Counted from the first letter of the stretch, positions 32,441-41,381 are shown. The stretch: DNA of 64,000 nucleotides from an uncultured Gammaproteobacteria bacterium (GCA_943788005.1 CALSOP010000002.1:989389-1053388), one strand, 5' to 3'. A program made the numbers and translations. The notes: generated by a model not told the origin, from the sequence alone.

Positions 32441-32467
32441 CTGCCCGTAACAGGGTGTTACGGGCAG
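32441..32467 (-). terminator. GC-rich hairpin just downstream of the Fae-like gene
   Basis: CTGCCCGTAAC-AGGGTG-TTACGGGCAG, 10 nt after the stop codon. The T-tract on the minus strand is weak (CTTTCC). Confidence 0.45.
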
Positions 32468-32477
32468 TAAAAAATGC

Positions 32478-33029
32478 CTACCAGATCGATTCGCCGGTTT
32501 CCGGGTTGTACATTTCGTGATGAATCTTGTGACGATTGGCGATCAATTCCTCGATGCTCGGTTCGTCGTTCATTGCACGGGAAACAGCCAGTTTCATCGC
32601 TTCATAATTAGTGCGGTATAAATCCTTGCGATCAATAAACTCCTGTTTTAGGATTTTAGGCTCCAGCCAAACCATGGCAACAATACAAATCTTGTTTGCC
32701 AGTGATGGATCAATCACGCCATCAATCACCGAATCCAATACTGCATCAGCAATAGCAGACTGGATCGGGCCGCCAAGTAAATTCACATAATCGACAGATT
32801 TAATTGTGCATTTAGATACCATCATCGTCGCCGGTTTAACCTGCTGGTTCGTGGCGCGAATCGCAAACATGCGCGAATGTCCTTCGGTTTGCCCCATCAG
32901 ATTGGCAAACGCATGACCCACCGGGCCACCGATATCGCCAATGGTAATTTCCGGCATGGCATCAGTGCATTGATCGTGAGAAGCAAGCACAGTCGCCTCG
33001 CCAGTTTTCATAACAAATGTGTCAGACAT
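32478..33029 (-). CDS. formaldehyde-activating enzyme (Fae) family protein, divergent paralogue
   Basis: 183 aa from MSDTFVMKTGEA (AGGAG Shine-Dalgarno 9 nt upstream). It is collinear with M. extorquens Fae as I remember it (GEA.V..., KP.T.M..K.TI, GP.Q...A.AV.D.V..G.I), but identity is low. Confidence 0.65.
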   Translation of the reverse strand: MSDTFVMKTGEATVLASHDQCTDAMPEITIGDIGGPVGHAFANLMGQTEGHSRMFAIRATNQQVKPATMMVSKCTIKSVDYVNLLGGPIQSAIADAVLDSVIDGVIDPSLANKICIVAMVWLEPKILKQEFIDRKDLYRTNYEAMKLAVSRAMNDEPSIEELIANRHKIHHEMYNPETGESIW

Positions 33030-33142
33030 TGTGAGTTTAACTCCTGAGTACAAGATTATAATTTCAGAAAAAAGACAACTTTTTACAAGGAAAAAAGCTG
33101 ACTGTCGATAAAAATATTCAGGTAGAAACAAGACGTATTAAT

Positions 33143-33168
33143 CCTTATTAATTCCCCAATTAATAAGG
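33143..33168. promoter_or_regulatory. perfect 11-bp inverted repeat (candidate operator or RNA hairpin)
   Basis: CCTTATTAATT-CCCC-AATTAATAAGG, about 115 nt upstream of the Fae-like start codon. Confidence 0.35.
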
Positions 33169-33213
33169 AGTGCGGATTAAGACCATAATAACGACATTAA
33201 TAGCGCATTAAAT

Positions 33214-33265
33214 CCTCTGTATGAGGTAGATATTAACTAGTAATTTATAACTAAGTCAGGGTAGG
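33214..33265 (-). promoter_or_regulatory. bipartite direct-repeat element, copy A (upstream of Fae-like gene)
   Basis: Plus strand reads CCTCTGTATGAGGTAG-N27-TCAGGGTAGG. Same architecture as copies B and C. Confidence 0.45.
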
Positions 33266-33301
33266 TCGAGAGAGTGTGAAGTTACAACTTTGTGAATGGG
33301 C

Positions 33302-33916
33302 TCAGATGAAGAAGGGTACAAATACAGCTGCAGCGAGGATCATGAAGGGCATGGCGTAAAATAGTATTTTGTTGAATCCTGTTGCGCTATTGGTGTTGGG
33401 CCAATCGTTTTCCATGAAGCCAAAGATAACGCCGCGCCCCTCTCTATATTCGAGATTCCAGAACAGTCCGGCAGAGGCATATATAACGCCTGAAGCAAAG
33501 ATATTCGGTAGCCATGTATTGGGATAGGCGCCATCACGGAATACCAGATAGATATCATAAGACCAACTGGTAGAGAACATCCATGCACAAACGGTAATGT
33601 AGGCAATCTTGAGTTTTTCCTGTCGCTTAATAAAGCGGAACAATGTACCTATTGACCAGGGGGCGCTGATGAATGTCAGTATCGACATGAACACCGCGTT
33701 GAAGTAATCCCACGTCGGAATACCTGCATATGGCGTCAGAATTACAAATGCAGACGTGGCAATGATAAAGGTGGTTAGTTTCCATTTAATCTTTAGAAAG
33801 TCCCTATAGTTCTTTTGAAATAAAATAATCGACTTGTGGTTCTGGTACATCAAGATTAATGCAGTAACACATGCTGTTACCCATAGGAGGATATAAGTAT
33901 AGAAAAATGGAGTCAT
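33302..33916 (-). CDS. hypothetical integral membrane protein
   Basis: 204 aa with about six hydrophobic segments. I recognise no family. Confidence 0.5.
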   Translation of the reverse strand: MTPFFYTYILLWVTACVTALILMYQNHKSIILFQKNYRDFLKIKWKLTTFIIATSAFVILTPYAGIPTWDYFNAVFMSILTFISAPWSIGTLFRFIKRQEKLKIAYITVCAWMFSTSWSYDIYLVFRDGAYPNTWLPNIFASGVIYASAGLFWNLEYREGRGVIFGFMENDWPNTNSATGFNKILFYAMPFMILAAAVFVPFFI

Positions 33917-33989
33917 TTAATTGCAGCCTATGTAATTAATATGATGTGCTAATTATGGTTATATTAGTCCTATTAATGGGTTAATGGAT

Positions 33990-34041
33990 CCTCTGTATGG
34001 GGCAGGAAATACTTCATTTTTTATTACTCATTTAGGGTAGT
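33990..34041 (-). promoter_or_regulatory. bipartite direct-repeat element, copy B (upstream of 204-aa membrane protein gene)
   Basis: Plus strand reads CCTCTGTATGGGGCAG-N27-TTAGGGTAGT. Confidence 0.45.
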
Positions 34042-34122
34042 CTTTTAATTGGAGCGGGTTCGTATTTGCAGGCGGGATGTCGTAACTGTCTACCCGCGAA
34101 ACACGGTATTATATTAGACGTT

Positions 34123-34434
34123 ATGAAGAAATGTCCTTTCTGTGCAGAGGAAATTCAAGATGAGGCTATAAAGTGCCGTTTTTGCGGTGAGTTTCTTGTT
34201 GATTCGCGCCAGCCAAAAACAAAGTGGTATTTTTCAACAGCTACAGTTGTTATCGCGCTTCTCTCCGTTGGTCCGCTTGCCTTGCCTTTGGTGTGGTTAC
34301 ACCCAGTCTACAAAACAGTTACCAAAATCATTCTGACGGTCATTATTATTGGCATAACGATATGGTCTTATTTTCTCACCAGAGATCTCTATGTAACTTT
34401 GATGCATCAGTTAAAGGCGGTGGGGCTGTACTAA
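34123..34434 (+). CDS. zinc-ribbon domain membrane protein
   Basis: Start is [23 protein letters not shown] (CxxC...CxxC) followed by two TM segments. The ORF is open from 34066. Confidence 0.55.
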   Translation: MKKCPFCAEEIQDEAIKCRFCGEFLVDSRQPKTKWYFSTATVVIALLSVGPLALPLVWLHPVYKTVTKIILTVIIIGITIWSYFLTRDLYVTLMHQLKAVGLY

Positions 34435-34670
34435 AGACAGGTGATGTATCAATTTAGCTGAAACTAACGGTAGTAGTGTTTAAGTGTTGTAAGGACAGTG
34501 ACTGCTGCGGCGCAATATAAGTTTGCTGTATTATTGGTGCACTTGGATATTAATGCCGATAAGATTCGCATGAAGCGGTGTTTTTAACGATAATCAATGT
34601 AACGATAAAAAACAGGAATCATCCCGTGGCTGACCTTGAAAAACTTGAACAATTTGACAAAAAATTAAAG

Positions 34671-35084
34671 ATGAACGCCGATATCATTGGCAACCTCTTG
34701 GTGGATTGGTTTCATGCCTTAACCTTATTTTTTATTGGGGCTGCGATTGTCTGGTCAGGCGTGTCGACCTTTTTTGACATGGCCATAAAGGGGCACCATT
34801 CCATCGAGGACATCCTGCTGCTTTTTATCTATCTTGAATTGTTGGCAATGGTTGGGATTTACTTTAAAACAAACCATATGCCGGTGCGTTATCTGATCTA
34901 TGTTGCTATTACTGGCTTAACCCGAATGTTAATCGGTCACATCTCCATTCATCATGTGCCCGATGCGGGTGTGCTGTATATCACTGGTGCGGTATTAATA
35001 CTGGCATTGACAACACTGGTGCTGCGTTATGGTTCGTCTAAATATCCGTATACCGATCTCACTGAAGAGACGCATAAGAAATGA
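34671..35084 (+). CDS. psiE: PsiE-family (phosphate-starvation-inducible) membrane protein
   Basis: 137 aa from ATG 34671 (ORF open from GTG 34578). LFIYLELLAMVGIYFKTNHMPVRYLIYVAITGLTRMLIG aligns with E. coli PsiE [39 protein letters not shown] (from memory). Confidence 0.6.
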   Translation: MNADIIGNLLVDWFHALTLFFIGAAIVWSGVSTFFDMAIKGHHSIEDILLLFIYLELLAMVGIYFKTNHMPVRYLIYVAITGLTRMLIGHISIHHVPDAGVLYITGAVLILALTTLVLRYGSSKYPYTDLTEETHKK

Positions 35085-35160
35085 TTTATAAAGGAGAGCG
35101 TTAATAATTGTCCCTTTGTCGTCATCCATCGTTAAATGACATCTCAGTAGAAATATAACA

Positions 35161-35832
35161 ATGAAGCAAATACAGATTAAACATTTTTCTGATGTGCTTT
35201 GTGTCTGGGCCTATGTGTCGCAGATACGCATTAATGAGCTGATCGATAATTATGGTGAGAGTGTCGATTTTGAATATCTGTTTTTCTCAGTGTTTGGTAA
35301 TGCAGTGGCAAAGCTTGATACGGCATGGGAAAGCAAGGGTGGTCGCGAAGCATACAGTCAACATGTGCAAAAGATTGTTCAAGAGTTTGGCCATCTGGAG
35401 GTGCATGAGGATGTTTGGATGAAGGATGCACCGCAGTCTTCGATGCCGTGTCACTTATATTTATGTGCAGCGCAGCTAGCAGAAGAAAATGGTAAGTTAG
35501 AGACGGGCACATTCGCTCAGCTCGCATGGCAAATGCGACAATCATTTTTCTCTGAGGCGAAAGACATCTCAGACATAGCGATCATTAGAGAAATCATTGA
35601 GGAACAAGGCCTGCCTCTAGCAGAATTTGAATTTAATATTTCTAATGGAAAGGCCTATGCGGTTTTAAGTGATCATATGCAAAGAGCGCTTGATAAGCAT
35701 GTTCGTGCCAGCCCGACATTAACCTTTAACGAGGACAGACAGCGCCTGACGGGTAATGTTGGTTATCGAATTATAGAAGCCAATGTGCGGGAGCTTCTTG
35801 AGCGACCTGAAGAGCAACAAACATGGTGTTGA
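35161..35832 (+). CDS. DsbA-like thioredoxin-fold protein (single Cys in the CxxC position)
   Basis: 223 aa. N-terminal IKHFSDVLCVWAY resembles the DsbA/FrnE-type FSDxxCPWCY but lacks the second Cys. Confidence 0.5.
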   Translation: MKQIQIKHFSDVLCVWAYVSQIRINELIDNYGESVDFEYLFFSVFGNAVAKLDTAWESKGGREAYSQHVQKIVQEFGHLEVHEDVWMKDAPQSSMPCHLYLCAAQLAEENGKLETGTFAQLAWQMRQSFFSEAKDISDIAIIREIIEEQGLPLAEFEFNISNGKAYAVLSDHMQRALDKHVRASPTLTFNEDRQRLTGNVGYRIIEANVRELLERPEEQQTWC

Positions 35833-35910
35833 ACTATCAGACAGCCATAACGTTGTATGCGTTAGGAAAATAAGCGGAAGTGTGATTTACCCAAGTATGT
35901 CTAAACGGCT

Positions 35911-37077
35911 TTATTCGTAATCAACTTTTTCATCGAAGTTTTCGATGATGGTCTTAAGTTCTTCCGGATTTTCAAGAAATTTGTCGACGCATTCTGGATC
36001 AAACTGAACGCCTCTCTTTTCGAGCAAATAATCCACGGCCTTGTCGAAGGGCCACCTTTCCTTGTAGACGCGCCGACTGGTTAAGGCATCAAACACATCG
36101 GCGACGGTAATGATTCGTGCTTCTAGCGGGATCGCTAAACCGGCAAGCTTATCCGGGTAACCACTTCCGTCCCAGGCTTCATGATGATGGCAGACGATAT
36201 TCTCTAGTATCTCACAGCTTTGTGGTGACAACAGATCAAGGTTTTGTTGCAGGCTAATAATAATCTCGCGACCCTTGATCGTGTGTGTCTGCATCTTTGT
36301 ATATTCTTTTTCGGTCAGTTTGGCAGGTTTACACAATATGGCATCTTCGACAGCAATCTTGCCGATGTCATGCAAGGGCGCGAAGGTAAAGAGTTGTTCG
36401 ACATACTCATCACTCAGGCCGTGTTCTTGTGCTATGCCACGAGCAATGATGCGCGAAAAATGAGATACACGAATCAGGTGTTGTCCTGTTTCCAGGTCAC
36501 GGTAGCTGGCAAGTGTGGCTATAGAATGACTGACGCCCTTGGTGGTTTTGATAAAGGTTAGTTCATTAATAATGAGCACATTGATCAGGTGTGCAACCAC
36601 AGTTAAATCAGTGACGACATTGCGTTGCATGGCATCAAGTATGTTCGAATTAAAAAAGACAAAACCCAGAAATTGGTCGGCCTGAAACAGGGGTACGGTA
36701 TAGCTGGATTTGAAACCGATCTCGGTGACTTTTTTTGAATGTTCGGAATTGACAGAACGCAATGGGTTCATGTTATTGAGGATGCGCGGTTTGCGTTGCG
36801 TCATTATCTCAGTCAGTGATTCGGATTCAGATAGTTTAGCCTGGTAAAGTGGCAGTGGGTTTTTGCCATCGGTTGCATGCACATAGGTTTTTAATATGTC
36901 CGTGGTTTCGTCATAACGTGCCACGGCGATACGATTGATAAAGCGGTGACGTTGTTTGATAAATTCCAGTAAGACCGGCAATTTATCGGACATGTTTGTG
37001 TGGCCATGGAGCTCGGAAAGGATGGAAACTGGCTCCACCACCTGGTTGCTTTGTAAGTTATGTAATCCCATGGTCAT
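35911..37077 (-). CDS. GAF-like sensor / HD-GYP domain protein (c-di-GMP phosphodiesterase family)
   Basis: 388 aa. HD motif PLHDIGKIAV and HHEAWDGSGYPD. The N-terminal ~170 aa are GAF-like. Confidence 0.85.
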   Translation of the reverse strand: MTMGLHNLQSNQVVEPVSILSELHGHTNMSDKLPVLLEFIKQRHRFINRIAVARYDETTDILKTYVHATDGKNPLPLYQAKLSESESLTEIMTQRKPRILNNMNPLRSVNSEHSKKVTEIGFKSSYTVPLFQADQFLGFVFFNSNILDAMQRNVVTDLTVVAHLINVLIINELTFIKTTKGVSHSIATLASYRDLETGQHLIRVSHFSRIIARGIAQEHGLSDEYVEQLFTFAPLHDIGKIAVEDAILCKPAKLTEKEYTKMQTHTIKGREIIISLQQNLDLLSPQSCEILENIVCHHHEAWDGSGYPDKLAGLAIPLEARIITVADVFDALTSRRVYKERWPFDKAVDYLLEKRGVQFDPECVDKFLENPEELKTIIENFDEKVDYE

Positions 37078-37196
37078 ATTGCTTTGGTTATTTTCGATAT
37101 AAACAATATCGGCAATATCAGGGCTTAACTTTAGTTACATTTACTAGCGGATAAATTTATAAAATATTGATTATATTGAATATTTATTAAACAAGT

Positions 37197-37249
37197 GCTC
37201 AGTATTGGGTAGATAGTTGTATAGAGTTTTTCTATTAATTTAGGGTAGG
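37197..37249 (-). promoter_or_regulatory. bipartite direct-repeat element, copy C (upstream of HD-GYP gene)
   Basis: Plus strand reads GCTCAGTATTGGGTAG-N28-TTAGGGTAGG. Confidence 0.45.
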
Positions 37250-37278
37250 TTTAATATGATGATTTTTTAGCGTCAGAC

Positions 37279-38103
37279 TTATTTTTCTTCATTCATGTAG
37301 ATGAAGATGCCGGTTCTATCATCCGACTTTATCTTTTTCTTTTCTTTAACTTGTGTATCCCAAATAAGATCTTTGAGGGATTCTACGGCGGTTTCTGCAT
37401 TTTCATTCGAATTGAGTAGCTCATAGAGCTTTGGTGCATTAGCTTGTGGAATTTCGCCGACTTCTCGCTGCGGTTCCATAAAAGGGTCGGTTATGCCATC
37501 TGACGCAATCAGTAATACAGCATCATCTTTAGTATAAAAATATTTTTCATTTAAGAAGAATGAGTCGCCAATGCCTATAGCATTATAGAGTCCATGCTGT
37601 GTGTATTGTTTGGCTCTTAATATGTAGTTTTCAGCTGTGATTTCCCTGCCATTGACGAAGGTACCTATCTCAGTCAATGCTGTTTTTTCTGCATCATCGC
37701 TTTGCATATTTAAATCTAAAGGTAATGCCTGCAGTAATTTCCCCGAAGGTTTTTTTGCCAGTATAGAAACATCGCCAGCACTGAATGCAAACATCCTGTC
37801 TGCTCTATGCAAAATGCCACCGATGGCAGCATAAGCACCGTCATTTATTGTTGTCGAATCAGCATTAATTGAGTGAATTAGTTCTTTTATGTGTTTAGTA
37901 CGAGTAATGTTTGCAGCTTCTTGTTTTAATCTTGTATCGATATAGCGTGCAACATCGCCGCCTGTTTTATCGCCATCATGACTTGAAGCGCCATCGGCAA
38001 CGACATAGAGGTCGCCATTGGGCGTATTGTAATGACCCCACATATCTTCGCCCTTACAGTCGTTTTCGGAATATTCTTTCCAATTAATGACGATGTTGCT
38101 CAT
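37279..38103 (-). CDS. PP2C-family Ser/Thr protein phosphatase
   Basis: 274 aa. Metal-binding motifs VVADGASSHDG and LIASDGITDPF. Starts 43 nt downstream of the mtdB stop. Confidence 0.65.
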   Translation of the reverse strand: MSNIVINWKEYSENDCKGEDMWGHYNTPNGDLYVVADGASSHDGDKTGGDVARYIDTRLKQEAANITRTKHIKELIHSINADSTTINDGAYAAIGGILHRADRMFAFSAGDVSILAKKPSGKLLQALPLDLNMQSDDAEKTALTEIGTFVNGREITAENYILRAKQYTQHGLYNAIGIGDSFFLNEKYFYTKDDAVLLIASDGITDPFMEPQREVGEIPQANAPKLYELLNSNENAETAVESLKDLIWDTQVKEKKKIKSDDRTGIFIYMNEEK

Positions 38104-38146
38104 GACAGCATTATTTTAAGCATGATATTCATAGAAATGGTTCGTA

Positions 38147-39043
38147 TCAGCTTACTATTTCCATGGCGACTTCAAATGCATCTTCAAAATGGAAGTAGAG
38201 CGGCACGCCCATGCTATACATTTTTATTAATAATCCTTGCTGTGTCTGGTATTTGATATTACCGATGGCAAGTGGACCGATGCCAACAGCATTGCTTTTA
38301 CTACCTTTTAAGGCAACACCATTATCATGCAGACTAATCCCTGCGATACCTGCTGGTGGGACAGCATTCAGGTCTGCCGCTATTTTGAGTTTGCCTGCGG
38401 CTGCGACTTGTTGTTCGTTGAGTACTTGTATTCCCGCTTTGGCTGTAGCAAATATTAGATCAGCATCTTGTATCAGTTCGTCAACATGATCATTGGCATC
38501 ACCTTTCACGCCTTCAACGACGGTGCCATATCGAGTATTACAAAACTCGGCTACCAGATTGGCTTTATCTACAGCACGTCCAAGTATTGTAACTTTGGCG
38601 CCTAATTTTGCCGCTAACACTGCGGCAGAAGCTCCGACTGGGCCGGTACCACCAAGAACCAGTACATTTTGTCCTTTCAGGTCTTCGTCATGTCTGATTT
38701 TAAGCTGATGCGAAACGGTGGCGACCATTGCGGCAGAAGTCGTAAATGCGCCGCTAGGATCGGTAAGTATCGATATTTCAAATGGTGGCACCATGGCTTC
38801 TTTCGCGGCGTTGAACATATCCATCGCCATGTGCATATCTCTGCCGCCGATAAAGATCCCCGTCCGTTTTAGACTTTTGGGACCTCTTGAAAAGATGGTG
38901 TCTTGTACGATGGTAGCAACTTCGTCTATTTCAACGCCCAGGTAAGGCATCGCATTCCAGCCGGCATCGAATGCCATGTTGACATCAAAGGCACTCAAGT
39001 TTTTTTCGGGGGTGATCATGTGCAGCAGGTATTGTTTTTCCAT
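38147..39043 (-). CDS. mtdB: NAD(P)-dependent methylene-tetrahydromethanopterin dehydrogenase MtdB
   Basis: 298 aa. The N-terminus LLHMITPEKNLSAFDVNMAFDAGW...TGIFIGGRDM...VPPFEISILTDPSGAFTTSAAMVA closely parallels M. extorquens MtdB as I remember it. Confidence 0.85.
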   Translation of the reverse strand: MEKQYLLHMITPEKNLSAFDVNMAFDAGWNAMPYLGVEIDEVATIVQDTIFSRGPKSLKRTGIFIGGRDMHMAMDMFNAAKEAMVPPFEISILTDPSGAFTTSAAMVATVSHQLKIRHDEDLKGQNVLVLGGTGPVGASAAVLAAKLGAKVTILGRAVDKANLVAEFCNTRYGTVVEGVKGDANDHVDELIQDADLIFATAKAGIQVLNEQQVAAAGKLKIAADLNAVPPAGIAGISLHDNGVALKGSKSNAVGIGPLAIGNIKYQTQQGLLIKMYSMGVPLYFHFEDAFEVAMEIVS

Positions 39044-39226
39044 TATTTAAGCCTTTGAATAATATGTTGTTGTATGTTCGCTTTTTTAGCTCTAATAATA
39101 CACTATAAAGGCTAGTGTATTAGTCCGGAAGTGATTAGAAATTTATTATTAATATTGGGTGGGTTACTATCTCGGTTGTGTGTTAACACCTAGAATCATA
39201 ATATTATCTGAGGAATTTTTAGTTTA

Positions 39227-40000
39227 ATGCTGATAGTTATATCTCCCGCGAAGACATTGGATTTTGAGACCTCTCCAATTACAAAAGACCATACACAAGC
39301 TGAATTTTTGAAAGACTCTCGGCAATTGGTTTCCGAACTGAAAAAACTGGCGCCGCATGAGGTTTCATCATTGATGAAGATCAGTGACAAACTCGGGACA
39401 CTTAATTATGTGCGTTTTAATGATTGGAAAACGCCGTTTACCCTGAACAATGCCAAGCAGGCATTATTGGCTTTCAAGGGCGATGTCTATACGGGTCTCG
39501 ATGCAGAATCATTTAGTAAACAGGACCTCAAGTTTGCGCAAACCCATCTACGAATTTTGTCCGGGCTTTATGGTGTATTGAGACCGCTGGATTTGATTCA
39601 GGCCTATCGATTGGAAATGGGGACTAGGTTTGAAAATAAGAGGGGCAAAGATTTGTATGAGTTCTGGGATACAAAAATCACCGATCAAATTAATAAGGAT
39701 ATTAAAGCCAGCAAAAGTAAGGCATTAATTAACCTCGCATCAAATGAATACTTTAAGTCGGTCCATGCAAGAGATATCAACGCTGAGATTATTGTTCCTA
39801 TTTTCAAAGACTACAGTAAAGGCCAATATAAGATAATCAGCTTCTTTGCCAAGAAGGCGCGCGGGCTTATGAGTGCCTATATAATCAAGAATAAATTAAC
39901 GGACCCGGAAGCAATTAAAGCCTTTAATGTTGATGGCTATAAGTTCTATAAATCAGAGTCCAATGAAACAGACTGGGTCTTCCAGCGTAAGCAAAACTAA
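39227..40000 (+). CDS. yaaA: peroxide stress protein YaaA (UPF0246)
   Basis: 257 aa. Characteristic N-terminus MLIVISPAKTLDFE and full-length YaaA pattern. Confidence 0.9.
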   Translation: MLIVISPAKTLDFETSPITKDHTQAEFLKDSRQLVSELKKLAPHEVSSLMKISDKLGTLNYVRFNDWKTPFTLNNAKQALLAFKGDVYTGLDAESFSKQDLKFAQTHLRILSGLYGVLRPLDLIQAYRLEMGTRFENKRGKDLYEFWDTKITDQINKDIKASKSKALINLASNEYFKSVHARDINAEIIVPIFKDYSKGQYKIISFFAKKARGLMSAYIIKNKLTDPEAIKAFNVDGYKFYKSESNETDWVFQRKQN

Positions 40001-40035
40001 AGTGATTTAAGAGCTTGCAACCTCTTAATGCTTCC

Positions 40036-40521
40036 TTAGGGTTCTTTGGCCTGCATGCCGACATGAAATTCTGAATAAACATAAACTGGAATGTCGAGTG
40101 AACCTAGACGTTCTTCTATTAATGGCGAGACATCATCCCATTCAAGACCGCCGACACCTGTGGCAAGTCGCGGTATAGCAAGTGAGCTTATCTTTTCTTT
40201 TTTGATAATCTTAAGCAATGAACGTAAGGCATGATTGATGTTGCTGACAGTAGCCTTACCGGGTTTAGAGCCATGATCATATCCACCTTCCTGGGTCAGG
40301 AGATTGATGATACGGACGTTGTCTGCGCCACCCCACATCCACGCTTCTCCGGGTTTAGGGTGATTCTGATGACACCAATGATGAAAATCCTTATGCATAG
40401 AAGGGTAGTTTTCATGTAGCGTGAGGGCGAGACCCTGATTCATTGGATCGTTTGGTGCAACCCCATGCGCTATTGCCTGTGCCTTGGTGAGTATAATGTC
40501 GCCTTTTACTTGATAGATCAT
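40036..40521 (-). CDS. macro-domain (ADP-ribose binding/hydrolase) protein
   Basis: 161 aa. GDI...AIAHGVAPN..., later LAIPRLATGVGGL, typical of small macro domains. Confidence 0.6.
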   Translation of the reverse strand: MIYQVKGDIILTKAQAIAHGVAPNDPMNQGLALTLHENYPSMHKDFHHWCHQNHPKPGEAWMWGGADNVRIINLLTQEGGYDHGSKPGKATVSNINHALRSLLKIIKKEKISSLAIPRLATGVGGLEWDDVSPLIEERLGSLDIPVYVYSEFHVGMQAKEP

Positions 40522-40765
40522 AATTATTCCTTACCCGATATTGATATCATTTGTTTATATAGTATGAGTTTGAGCAGTTGAGATATTGATCGATATCAAA
40601 AGGATTGAATCTAGTTAAAAATGACAGTTGCATAGAATTTCACCAACGTAATTAATATTCAAAAGTAGTTGCCAATACTTATGTTTAAACAGTTCAGATG
40701 ATTATTTACTTTGTTCAAAATAATTAAATAATTTTAAAATAGATAAAAATTTAAGGTGCTTATAT

Positions 40766-41203
40766 ATGGTTTTAAACATAATTAAAGGTTTTACAATCAG
40801 CTTAATTATGATGCAGTCAGTATTTGCAAATGAACAGGCGATTATTGGCAATTGGATTAATGCTGAGGGTGATGGAATTATAGAGATTACTTTAGCGAAG
40901 ACTAAATATGTTGGCACTATAATTGGTACGCCTGATCCAATACATAATGGGCGTAAAGATACTAAGAACCCAGACCAAAAGTTAAGAGACAGGTTGTTGG
41001 AGGGCTTGACTATTCTTAAAGGTTTTAGCTATCAAGAAGAGAACTTATGGAGCGGTGGTACTATCTATGATCCTAATACTGGCAAAACCTATAAGTGCAA
41101 ACTATCACTAAATGATGATGGGACCTTAAAGGTAAGAGGCTATGTAGGGATATCATTGTTTGGTAGAACAGTTGTACGTCGTCAAAACCTTTTGGACAGG
41201 TAG
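40766..41203 (+). CDS. DUF2147 family secreted protein, 3' end replaced by IS sequence
   Basis: Signal peptide, then GGTIYDPNTGKTYKCKLSLNDDGTLKVRGYVGISLFGRT. The last 10 codons (VVRRQNLLDR) are encoded by the IS terminal sequence starting at 41173. Confidence 0.7.
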   Translation: MVLNIIKGFTISLIMMQSVFANEQAIIGNWINAEGDGIIEITLAKTKYVGTIIGTPDPIHNGRKDTKNPDQKLRDRLLEGLTILKGFSYQEENLWSGGTIYDPNTGKTYKCKLSLNDDGTLKVRGYVGISLFGRTVVRRQNLLDR

Positions 41204-41321
41204 CGGTTTGATTTAAGAGACACATTAGTTCATCAATAGGTTATGTGCTTCACTTGTTGTTTATCGTAATGCATTTGTCGTCTCATCGCTAACGTGTTTT
41301 GTTTGATTAGCTCTCGTTGAC
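41173..41321 (-). mobile_element. 149-bp orphan copy of the IS3-family element end (orfB-proximal IR plus 3' end of orfB)
   Basis: Exact repeat of 41322-41470, abutting the complete copy head-to-tail. Confidence 0.85.
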
Positions 41322-41381
41322 TGTACGTCGTCAAAACCTTTTGGACAGGTAGCGGTTTGATTTAAGAGACACATTAGTTCA

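Noticed and set aside
38211-38945. Series of plus-strand ORFs (38211-38489, 38493-38708, 38669-38872, 38718-38945) and similar antisense ORFs elsewhere (for example 1205-1492, 11540-11827, 26148-26489, 28409-28696, 31238-31558, 44733-45167)
   Set aside because: All are fully embedded antisense to strongly supported conserved genes. Their composition is Ala/Ser/Pro-rich or otherwise typical of antisense frames, and they lack ribosome-binding sites.
39152-39198. Possible fourth copy of the bipartite motif upstream of mtdB (ATATTGGGTGG ... TAGAATCA)
   Set aside because: Only the first half resembles the consensus. The second half matches 3 of 7 core positions, so it is too weak to count. It is mentioned only as a half-site.
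40001-40035. Hairpin TTAAGAG-CTTGCAAC-CTCTTAA between convergent yaaA and the macro-domain gene
   Set aside because: The stem is a 7-bp AT-rich helix without a U-tract on either side, so it is not convincing as a terminator.
39227-40521. YaaA plus macro-domain protein as a possible defence or toxin-antitoxin-like pair
   Set aside because: The genes are convergent rather than co-transcribed. YaaA is a widespread housekeeping peroxide-stress protein. No NADase, ART, nuclease or other effector partner is nearby.
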